A stretch of 37,040 bases of DNA from an uncultured archaeon (lineage in GTDB: Archaea; Asgardarchaeota; Heimdallarchaeia; Heimdallarchaeales; Heimdallarchaeaceae). The position numbers and the translations under genes are program-made. Where the stretch lies: the NCBI GenBank assembly GCA_964549075.1, contig CAZJUB010000009.1, forward strand, positions 31,159-68,198, in the 5' to 3' direction. Every line of letters begins with the position of its first letter. Positions within the stretch are counted from its first letter, which is position 1. Of this stretch, positions 1 through 7,888 are shown piece by piece. A model generated the notes under the pieces. The model searched no databases. It had not been told where the DNA came from and worked only from the letters and a program-made list of their open reading frames with translations.

Positions 1-90
1 CTTCGCTGGAACTTCCTTTACTGGAGCTTTCTTCGCTGGAACTTCCTTTACTGGAGCTTTCTTCGCTGGAACTTCCTTTACTGGAACTTC
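1..90 (-). repeat. 30-bp coding tandem repeat encoding KKAPVKEVPA in the Rpb5 tail
   Basis: cttcgctggaacttcctttactggagcttt is exact at 1-30 and 31-60, with a partial copy from 61; no spacers; truncated by the window edge. Confidence 0.95.
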
Positions 91-768
91 TTTGGTAGGT
101 GTTTTCTTTGCTTCACTTGCCTTCTTGGTAGCTGTTGTTTTTTTAGTTGCTGTTTTTTTAGTTGTAGATTTTGTATCAGATAGTCTTAATCTTGATGATG
201 ATTTTATGATGACTCTATAATAAGCTCCTTCTTCACCCATCTCAGGATTACGAATAATTTTTATAACGTCTCCTGGTTTTGCTTGGATCGCTTTGACTGC
301 TGGATCAGTTTCAAGTATCTTGGGAATCTGATGTTTTTCTATCTGATATTTTCCAAGAAAATCACTAACTTCTTTTTTCTTCAATCTAATATGGTGTGGA
401 ACCAATTCATGATCAAATATATTGAAAAGAGGATTTGAACTACTAATAATTTCTATCCCTAATTTAACTGATTCCTTTTTAGCATAATGTGTTAGAGCCG
501 ATTCTGCGACTAATAATGCTTCATCAAGATCTTCTTCTTGTTGCTTTTTTCCTAAAGTTCTGATAGTTTTAACTCCAATTTGTGGATTTTTTGGAAATCG
601 AGCAATGGCAGTGATTTTATCTCCTTCCTCCTGTTTTTTCTCAGCGTAAACATCAATGTATTCATCATCTTCTTGAGGTTTTTTAGTAGTAAATCCTCTA
701 AATTCTAGAATCTCTATAATTCCTTTTTTGATTCTATCTTCTTTTGCTTGCTGTTCTTTAGTTACCAA
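1..768 (-). CDS. rpo5: DNA-directed RNA polymerase subunit Rpo5/Rpb5 with eukaryote-type N-terminal jaw domain and repetitive Lys/Pro-rich C-terminal tail (3' end runs off the window)
   Basis: Not in the ORF track; translated by hand. TTG start at 768 with GAGGT upstream, frame open to base 1. RpoH/Rpb5-C motifs FNIFDHELVPHHIRL...QIPKILETDPAVKAIQAKPGDVIKIIR...YYRVI. N-terminal IIEILEFRGF...FPKNPQIGVKTIR resembles the Rpb5 N domain. Confidence 0.93.
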   Translation of the reverse strand, partial: MVTKEQQAKEDRIKKGIIEILEFRGFTTKKPQEDDEYIDVYAEKKQEEGDKITAIARFPKNPQIGVKTIRTLGKKQQEEDLDEALLVAESALTHYAKKESVKLGIEIISSSNPLFNIFDHELVPHHIRLKKKEVSDFLGKYQIEKHQIPKILETDPAVKAIQAKPGDVIKIIRNPEMGEEGAYYRVIIKSSSRLRLSDTKSTTKKTATKKTTATKKASEAKKTPTKEVPVKEVPAKKAPVKEVPAKKAPVKEVPAK

Positions 769-824
769 GGAAGTTACCTCGCTCTCATTTACTATCAAAT
801 GGTTTAAAATCTTTTGAAAAGTGA

Positions 825-1202
825 CTACTTCTGGTTTTCCTTATTATCATCCTCAGATTTCTGAAATTTTATGAAATAAGATCCATCTTTATCTCTACTA
901 ATAATTGGATTTTGATTATCATTTTCCGAAAGAAGTTTCTCAATATCTACCTCAAAAACACCATTGGTTGTTAATCTAATTGACTCAACACCCTCTGTTA
1001 TTCCTGTTTTTTCAATTTCATCTTCTATAATTAATTCGAGTTCTTTTTCTTTTATCTCAGAATCATCAGTTTGTCTATAAGTTTTAAATTTAAAAGATCC
1101 ACAAAAAGGGCAACCATTAATAAGAATCTGAGTGTTTAATTCAATCTCTTTTTCACACAAACCACAAATGGTAATTTTTTTCTGAGGTTCTGCCATATTC
1201 AA
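825..1202 (-). CDS. oapC: OapC/DUF2072-like Zn-ribbon protein
   Basis: CGLC...GCPFCGSFKF Zn ribbon, then ESIRLTTNGVFEVDIEKL...IISRDKDGSYFI, the pattern of the archaeal DUF2072/OapC family. Confidence 0.72.
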   Translation of the reverse strand: MNMAEPQKKITICGLCEKEIELNTQILINGCPFCGSFKFKTYRQTDDSEIKEKELELIIEDEIEKTGITEGVESIRLTTNGVFEVDIEKLLSENDNQNPIISRDKDGSYFIKFQKSEDDNKENQK

Positions 1203-1237
1203 CCATTACCTTTACCCTTATTATTTTTTATTCTATA

Positions 1238-2092
1238 TCATTCCATGTTTACAGTTGAATTGTAAAGAAAAGGACCACCATATTTACATTCGGGGCAATG
1301 AGTTTCTTCTAGTATTGATAAGGTTTTGAAATCACCTTTCTCGCCAACCAAGTGAATTTTTCCACATTTGCATTTGTAAGGTTTTGGTGAGGTTGTACTC
1401 TCTCTAAAATACATTGGACCAAAATAATGATTAGTAATTGTTTCTTTTGTATCTTTTTTTACTTTCAACAAGTAAATATCAGAAGTGAATCTCCTAAATG
1501 GTGTTTGAAATTCATATTTATTGAAATCTTGAATTTTCTTGTCAATTTCCAAGTTCATTAGTTCAACCATTTCTTCTATCCATCCATCCTTTTCTGTTCT
1601 ATTATCAAATGTAAGAATAATTCTCGAATCGGATTCTTTTATTGCACATTGAACAGCTCTAGATAATCCTACTTCTAAACCTTCTTTGGTAAATGGAGGT
1701 TCAAGAAAAATGTAGTTAAACTGATTTTTCATTATATTTAGCATTCTGATTCTGATATCATGATTGATGAATTTGATAGAGCGTATTTTGTAATCAAATT
1801 TCATTTTAAAAATAATTTCAGGAATTTTCTTATCTATGTCCATTACTGCTATATCTCTTGGTTTTGCTATCATTCCTAAAGTTAAAGAGGATAGATCCAT
1901 GTCACCAAGAAAAACAATGCGTTTATGGTCATAATTTCTTGGATTCTCAAGCAATATTCTCTGATAACTTGTATCTAATGTAACAAAATACTGGTCATAA
2001 TCTGGATCAGGTTTTCCTCTAAATTCTTGAATTTCAGAAAAAGCATCTCTTATATCATCTGGAATATCGTTTTCAAGAGATTTAGCATTCAT
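1238..2092 (-). CDS. BpsA/DUF43-family SAM-fold protein (branched-chain polyamine synthase-like), divergent, with C-terminal Zn ribbon
   Basis: PDPDYDQ...R...IVFLGDMDLSSL, VMDID, HDIR, EPPFT...GL...LSRA match the BpsA C-terminal domain; C-terminal CKC...CPEC. Confidence 0.7.
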   Translation of the reverse strand: MNAKSLENDIPDDIRDAFSEIQEFRGKPDPDYDQYFVTLDTSYQRILLENPRNYDHKRIVFLGDMDLSSLTLGMIAKPRDIAVMDIDKKIPEIIFKMKFDYKIRSIKFINHDIRIRMLNIMKNQFNYIFLEPPFTKEGLEVGLSRAVQCAIKESDSRIILTFDNRTEKDGWIEEMVELMNLEIDKKIQDFNKYEFQTPFRRFTSDIYLLKVKKDTKETITNHYFGPMYFRESTTSPKPYKCKCGKIHLVGEKGDFKTLSILEETHCPECKYGGPFLYNSTVNME

Positions 2093-2139
2093 TGAAGGAA
2101 GTTCATTTTACTACTTTAAAAAGGTTCACTGAAGTATCT

Positions 2140-4404
2140 TCATGATAGGAAAGTTAGTTGTTTAAGTATATTGAATAACTCATCGATAGGTAATTTCTGA
2201 AGTTTTTTATTGTCTCTAGTTTTTCTTTCCATTTCCATCAATAGAAGTCCGTATTCATATGCTGATTTGGCTATTTGAGCAAAAGTAGAATCATACTGAG
2301 AAATCGTTTGTAGTTTTTCACTTGCGTTATTTGCTTCTTTAGAAGCTTCTAAAAAGAAAGAAGCTGCTTTGTAATTGTCATTGTTTGTATCAGCACCAAT
2401 CCCTAGTATTGCACTTTTAGTAGCTTCTAGAAAATTCGTGAGTGCTTCTGAGAGAACTTTTTTTATTTCAATTGCATTCCAATTTATGTTGGAATCCTTT
2501 AACTCAAACATGTTTTTGTGTTTAAGTAGTTCACCACAATCCTCACTTATTCTGATATTTATTGCATTAAATAAAACAAATTGGTTAAAGTTATGTTTGA
2601 TTATGAGCTGATAATTTTCTTTAGAAGTCTCTTTTTGAGTAACAGCTATTTTGTAACTTCTAGCAATGAGATCTATTACAATATTTAAGAAAAGAAACTG
2701 CCTTGTTAGTTCAAATAGCCTTAATTCTACATCCTCCCCTTGAATAAAGGTTTGACTATATCTGTGTTCTACCCACAATTTGTCAATTTTTGATTTATCA
2801 CTTAATTGAGAAATTTCAAGCGCTTTTGTTGAGTAGTAGTGAGCTTTTGCGTGATAAATTATGTCCAATACCTCGTTAGAATCCTTTTCAATCAGACTGT
2901 TTTCTAAGTAAATCGAATTTGCCATAAATTCTAGACACTCTATATCTTTAATTATGTACACTTTACTCTCAGATTTTGGTAGAAAATAGGCTGATAGTTT
3001 TATATTGGAAATATTTTCAAGCAAAGGTTCAATAATTTCTGGTTTGATTTTCTCTCCTCGTTTCTCTATTTCTATTAGTTGTTCTGAAATATCTTTGATA
3101 GCATATTCAAGACTTTCAATGAATCTTAATAGATTTTGTTCTGCTTTATTTATGGCTTTATCAATTGATAGATTCTCAAGTGAAGCAATTTTAAGCTCTT
3201 GAACAAAATTAAGATACACATATGGTAAGCTACTAACATAGTTGATATTTACCTTCAATCCAGGTTTGTTTACTATCTTTTCGATTTCTTTAATTATTTT
3301 CTGAACTTCTTTTTTTGTATTTGTATCAATAATGGCGTTTAATTGTGATGTTTTTGCTGCAAGCTCTGCAATACCATGAAAGAATATATGAACAATCTCA
3401 TTTTTAGTGATCTCTTCCTTTATTTTCTGATTTCTTTCTTCAGATTCTTCAGTTGATGAAAGAACTTCAAGAGCTTCTTTTTCTAAACCTAAAACCAAAT
3501 TAAGAAATTGTACACTTGCAATAAAACTGTCACTTTTAGCTGCTTCAAAACTTAATCTAAGATAATGACCGATTAATTCCTTGTTTCTTAGAGCTTGGTT
3601 TAATAAAAGATGACTGCTCTCTATTTGTTTACTCCTTAACTCAGGATCTTCTGGCAGCTTACTATAATATGAAAGTGCTTTCTCTAAGTGCGATTGACTC
3701 CTCTCGTAAGCAAAATGTGTAGCTATTGGATCTCTCCACCACCAGTCATTTCCTAGACGTTTTAAAAATTGAGCAGTGAATGATACATCAAATTCTGCAA
3801 GCACCATTTCATAAGCTCCTTTCTCTTCGAGTAATCTCTCTTTGTTTACTCCTTTAGGAGATTCTTCAAGAAGGTGGATTATCTGATTTTTCTGATTTAG
3901 AAGTAAAAATGTTAGCATAACTTCTTCAATGCTTGAAGCTCGAGGATGTGTAGAATCAAAGTAAGTCTGCGAAATGGAATTTAAGATTCTATAACCTTCA
4001 ATATAGGAAGTACAATAATCCTCAGAAGGTTGAGTACTAAAAATACCTGTGTTAACAATATCAGCATAGATTATCATTAAATTGGCAAGTTCCATCTGGA
4101 ATTCTTGTAGATCTTCTAATTTTGCTGTTAACATCTCTTTTCTCTCTGAATCTGATTCGATTTGCAATTTATCGCGAGTCCATTCATCAAGAAAACGGCT
4201 ATATAGCAGATGAGCTAGTGATGATATATTATTTAGAGTTTCTGCGCAAAATCTAGAAAAACTTAACCAAACTTGGCTTAGTTCATCTAAATCATCTATC
4301 TGGACAAAAGAGTGGTAAATTCTTTCTCTTTCTAACTCCATTAAAACAAATTGTTTGAAAGGTGAATCGCTTAACAGTTCTATTGTCTCTTTGGAAAATG
4401 CCAT
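2140..4404 (-). CDS. Large alpha-helical hypothetical protein (754 aa)
   Basis: Long ORF with L/E/K/A-rich amphipathic helical patterning; no TM segments or catalytic motif recognised. Confidence 0.8.
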   Translation of the reverse strand: MAFSKETIELLSDSPFKQFVLMELERERIYHSFVQIDDLDELSQVWLSFSRFCAETLNNISSLAHLLYSRFLDEWTRDKLQIESDSERKEMLTAKLEDLQEFQMELANLMIIYADIVNTGIFSTQPSEDYCTSYIEGYRILNSISQTYFDSTHPRASSIEEVMLTFLLLNQKNQIIHLLEESPKGVNKERLLEEKGAYEMVLAEFDVSFTAQFLKRLGNDWWWRDPIATHFAYERSQSHLEKALSYYSKLPEDPELRSKQIESSHLLLNQALRNKELIGHYLRLSFEAAKSDSFIASVQFLNLVLGLEKEALEVLSSTEESEERNQKIKEEITKNEIVHIFFHGIAELAAKTSQLNAIIDTNTKKEVQKIIKEIEKIVNKPGLKVNINYVSSLPYVYLNFVQELKIASLENLSIDKAINKAEQNLLRFIESLEYAIKDISEQLIEIEKRGEKIKPEIIEPLLENISNIKLSAYFLPKSESKVYIIKDIECLEFMANSIYLENSLIEKDSNEVLDIIYHAKAHYYSTKALEISQLSDKSKIDKLWVEHRYSQTFIQGEDVELRLFELTRQFLFLNIVIDLIARSYKIAVTQKETSKENYQLIIKHNFNQFVLFNAINIRISEDCGELLKHKNMFELKDSNINWNAIEIKKVLSEALTNFLEATKSAILGIGADTNNDNYKAASFFLEASKEANNASEKLQTISQYDSTFAQIAKSAYEYGLLLMEMERKTRDNKKLQKLPIDELFNILKQLTFLS

Positions 4405-4486
4405 TAGATATTATAAAGGATGTTAGTAAAAAAACATTTTGACACTTCTAATCTAATATCAAAGTGCTTTTTCATAGTATTAGAGA

Positions 4487-4723
4487 TTAATTCTCACCTT
4501 TATACCACTTTGGTGCTTTCAATTCTCCTAATTTCTTATTAAATTCTTGAACAAGTTTTCTTGCATGCAAATTTGTATCTGCAGATATCTTCTGAGTTTT
4601 ATTTAGATCAATAGTTTGTCCACAATAAGGACATTTTTTTGTTTTTTGTTTCGATTTACAGTAAGTAAACTTCCCACACTCTTTTTTTGTACATCTAATT
4701 ACTATATATTCAGAATTGATCAT
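4487..4723 (-). CDS. DUF1922-like small Zn-ribbon protein
   Basis: YIVIRCTKKECGKFTY...KTKKCPYCG; start lies 1 nt after the yjbQ stop, so probably coupled. Confidence 0.7.
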   Translation of the reverse strand: MINSEYIVIRCTKKECGKFTYCKSKQKTKKCPYCGQTIDLNKTQKISADTNLHARKLVQEFNKKLGELKAPKWYKGEN

Positions 4724-4724
4724 A

Positions 4725-5138
4725 TTAATCTCCTATAATTGTTACTGCTACTTTGCGAGATCTAGCTCTAACGTCTAAACAGACGAAAACAGGTTGTTGC
4801 CATGTTCCAAGCTGCAATTCTCCACCATGAATAGCAATTGTTAAACTAGGTCCAATGAGTGAAGCTCTTAAGTGTGAATGTGCATTTGAATCAATTAAAT
4901 CATGTTTGTATCCTGCGCCTTTAGGAACAAGTTGATTTAATAGATTTCTAAAATCATCTAATACTCTAGATTCATACTCAATTGAAGTTAAAGCTCCTGT
5001 TGAACCAATAACATTTGCAGATAGCAATCCGTTTTTTACACCGGATTTATTTACTAATTTTTGAAAATCACTAGTCAAATCAACTATACTTATCTCACCT
5101 TGAGTTTGAAAACTTACTTTTTCTGTTAGTGTTTTCAT
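4725..5138 (-). CDS. yjbQ: YjbQ/UPF0047 family protein (secondary thiamine-phosphate synthase)
   Basis: YKHD...NAHSHLRASLIGPS...LQLGTWQ signature. Confidence 0.92.
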   Translation of the reverse strand: MKTLTEKVSFQTQGEISIVDLTSDFQKLVNKSGVKNGLLSANVIGSTGALTSIEYESRVLDDFRNLLNQLVPKGAGYKHDLIDSNAHSHLRASLIGPSLTIAIHGGELQLGTWQQPVFVCLDVRARSRKVAVTIIGD

Positions 5139-5275
5139 GAATAGTTCTCCTTATTACAACATAAGTAATCTAGTAGAATATTTATTAAAAAGTACTCGAT
5201 TAAAATTTGATGTAAAACCTTACTACTCCTTCCAAAAAAAATAAGAATTAAAAATTCCATTATAATTAGAGAGAA

Positions 5276-5980
5276 ATGTCAGATTCAGAGAAAAAAATGA
5301 ATATTCTCATAGAAGAAGCAAATGCTAATTATAACGCAAATAGGTACAAGGACGCAGCAAGGACCTTTGAACATCTCATAACATTAGCAATTCAAAATAA
5401 TGAAGAAGAAGAAGCAATTTATTTTGCATATAGATCCGCTGATTGTTGGAGAAAAGATAAAAACGAGATGAATCGGGCAATTATCTTTAGAGATATTGGA
5501 AATTTAGCCTATAGTTTTTGTTCCAAAATAATTGATGATTTTGCTTCAAAATCAAAAAGTCCTGAGGACAAAGCAAAAGCTTTACTACTAGCTGGTGAAT
5601 GCTTGATTTCGCAAGATAAGACAAATGCACATAAGAAGCTAACAGAAGCAAAGGAAATATTCGAAGATTTAGCGAGTAAAACCAAGGATACTAAGGCGAA
5701 ATCTAAATATCTAATGGAAGCTCTTGTGTGTGTTAATAAAATCGGGGATAAAAAACAAATAAAAGAATTGCAAATTAGAGTTGCAAATCACCACGTTACT
5801 TCCGCTGAAAGGAATATTAAAAATGATACCCCGGAAGATTTACAATCTGCTTTAAGGTCATATGAAGATGCTTTGGAATTATTTGAAAGTTTGAAAATGA
5901 AAGAAGATATCCAAACAATATCAAAGAAAATAGAAGCTCTGAAGAAAAAAGTAGCTGAGTATGATCCATTCGCAACATAA
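5276..5980 (+). CDS. TPR/SNAP-like helical repeat protein
   Basis: TPR-like helices: ANANYNANRYKDAARTF, AYRSADCWRK, LLAGECL, ALRSYEDALELFESL. Confidence 0.7.
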   Translation: MSDSEKKMNILIEEANANYNANRYKDAARTFEHLITLAIQNNEEEEAIYFAYRSADCWRKDKNEMNRAIIFRDIGNLAYSFCSKIIDDFASKSKSPEDKAKALLLAGECLISQDKTNAHKKLTEAKEIFEDLASKTKDTKAKSKYLMEALVCVNKIGDKKQIKELQIRVANHHVTSAERNIKNDTPEDLQSALRSYEDALELFESLKMKEDIQTISKKIEALKKKVAEYDPFAT

Positions 5981-6070
5981 TTAAGTTATAGTTTAGCTTT
6001 ATTTGATTGAGAAAAGGATTTTAATTTTGTACAGTAATATTCAAAAACTAATAATTTTATGAAAAAATAG

Positions 6071-6148
6071 GGTCCTGTAGCTCAGTTTGGATAGAGCGTC
6101 TGCCTCCTAAGTAGACGGTCGCGCGTTCGAATCGCGTCAGGACCGCCA
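6071..6148 (+). tRNA. tRNA-Arg(CCU), CCA encoded
   Basis: Acceptor stem GGTCCTG/CAGGACC, anticodon arm TCTGC-CTCCTAA-GTAGA, T-loop TTCGAAT, ends GCCA. Confidence 0.97.
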
Positions 6149-6172
6149 ATTTATTTCTCTAGGAGAGTAGAA

Positions 6173-6712
6173 ATGATGATGACAGATAATTCTAATTCAA
6201 TAAACGTTTTTATCTGTAATTTTCATACTTGTAATCCTAAGAAGTGTACTGCAAATCGAATTATAAAATTTAATAAAGCTAGAGAAATAAAAATTAGCCA
6301 AATTAAATTAAAGCAAATTGTTTTAACACCTTTCTCTGAAATCGCTTTATCACCAGCTGATAATGAAAAAGCTGTAGCTTATGGTCTTGTTGGGATAGAT
6401 TGCTCTTGGAATAATATAGAAGGTGGAAAACGTGCTTTAGAGAAAGGAACAGGTAGGTCTCTTCCTTTTCTTGTTGCAGCAAATCCAAATAATTATGGTG
6501 TTCCTTCCAAATTAAGTACACTTGAAGCAATTGGAGCTAGTTTGTTTATTTTAGGATACAAAGAACAGAGTAAGGAGATTTTATCGTTAGTTAGTTGGGG
6601 ATCTGAGTTTCTAAAAATTAATCAAGAATATTTAGATGAGTATGCTTTAACAAAGACTAGCAAAGAAGTTGTTAAAAAACAAGCTAAATTTATGAAAAAT
6701 CTATATGGATGA
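6173..6712 (+). CDS. tsr3: SSU rRNA aminocarboxypropyltransferase Tsr3
   Basis: CNPKKCTA, LTPF...LSPAD, IDCSW, RSLPFLVAANPNNYG...KLSTLEA, WGSEFLKIN. Confidence 0.95.
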   Translation: MMMTDNSNSINVFICNFHTCNPKKCTANRIIKFNKAREIKISQIKLKQIVLTPFSEIALSPADNEKAVAYGLVGIDCSWNNIEGGKRALEKGTGRSLPFLVAANPNNYGVPSKLSTLEAIGASLFILGYKEQSKEILSLVSWGSEFLKINQEYLDEYALTKTSKEVVKKQAKFMKNLYG

Positions 6713-6771
6713 AACCTCGAAAAAAGGTCTATACACAATTTTTTTAAAATACATAGTAAACCAAGATTTAG

Positions 6772-7887
6772 ATGAAAATAGGAATAAATTGCTTTCCAAC
6801 AGTTGGTGGATCAGGTATTGTTGCTACTCAACTAGCTATTGAGATGGCAAAGAAAGGTCATGATATACACTTGATAAGTTATGATACTCCGTTTTTACTT
6901 CGAACTTTTAGACATCCAAACATAACTTTAGATCTTGTTGATATTCTCTCATATCCATTATTCAAAGATATTGGAACCCCTTATACTATACTTGCAGCTT
7001 CCAAATTAGTACAAATAGCAATGAAAACAGAAGTTGAGTTGTTTCACATACATTATGCTGTTCCTGTTGGTGTTTCAGCCTACCTAGCAAAGGACATAAC
7101 TAATATCCCTTTTGCAATTACTGCTCATGGTTCTGATATCCATACTCTCGGTATTGATCCAGCATACAATCCAGTCCTCTCTCATGTTTTCAATAAAGCT
7201 GATGGCTTATCTACTGTGTCAAATTATCTGAAAAAAGAAATTCAAATAAAATTTGCGTATAAACGGGATTTAGAGGTTTTTTATAATCCAATTGATATTA
7301 AAAAATACAAAAAAATTGATACTCAACTTTGTGATTTTAGAATTAAGTATGATAAAAATTTCATACATGTTTCAAACTTCCGTCCAGTAAAGAATGCTCC
7401 TTTTATAGTCGAAGCTTTTGCTGATGTAGTAAAAGAACAGCCTGATACAGGTCTGATAATGGTAGGGGAAGGACCAGAAAGAAAAGAGTGTGAAGATCTC
7501 GCATATAAACTCGGTATTTCAGAGAATGTAATTTTCCAAGGAGTAAGAGTTTCTATTGCTCCTATCTACAGCTGTGGTTCTGCACTTATTTCTGCTAGCA
7601 CAAACGAGAGTTTCGGATTAACATTAGCAGAAGCTATGGCTTGTGAAACACCAGTAATAGCTCCAAGAGTCGGGGGAATTCCAGAAGTTGTTGACCATGA
7701 GAAAAATGGTTTTGTTTATGAATTTGGTGATATGAAAAGTCTCACAGAATATATGCTGAGATTAGTTGATGACAAAGAATTAGTGAAAAAACTAGGAACT
7801 AATGGTAGAAAGAAAGTAGTTGATAAATTTGAATCAAGCAAAATTGCTGATTCTTACCTTGCTTGGTATGAGAAAATTCTCTCTTAA
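6772..7887 (+). CDS. bshA: N-acetyl-alpha-D-glucosaminyl L-malate synthase BshA (GT4)
   Basis: BshA-diagnostic MKIGINCFPTVGGSGIVAT, HIHYAVP, TAHGSDI, HVSNFRPVK, ESFGLTLAEAMAC. Confidence 0.9.
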   Translation: MKIGINCFPTVGGSGIVATQLAIEMAKKGHDIHLISYDTPFLLRTFRHPNITLDLVDILSYPLFKDIGTPYTILAASKLVQIAMKTEVELFHIHYAVPVGVSAYLAKDITNIPFAITAHGSDIHTLGIDPAYNPVLSHVFNKADGLSTVSNYLKKEIQIKFAYKRDLEVFYNPIDIKKYKKIDTQLCDFRIKYDKNFIHVSNFRPVKNAPFIVEAFADVVKEQPDTGLIMVGEGPERKECEDLAYKLGISENVIFQGVRVSIAPIYSCGSALISASTNESFGLTLAEAMACETPVIAPRVGGIPEVVDHEKNGFVYEFGDMKSLTEYMLRLVDDKELVKKLGTNGRKKVVDKFESSKIADSYLAWYEKILS

Positions 7888-7888
7888 T

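Noticed and set aside
1-90. 30-bp repeats as a CRISPR array
   Set aside because: The repeats are head-to-tail with no spacers, in frame within Rpb5, and no cas genes are present.
825-1202. oapC as a marker of an adjacent replication origin
   Set aside because: No oapA/oapB, no orc1/cdc6 and no ORB-containing intergenic region in the window.
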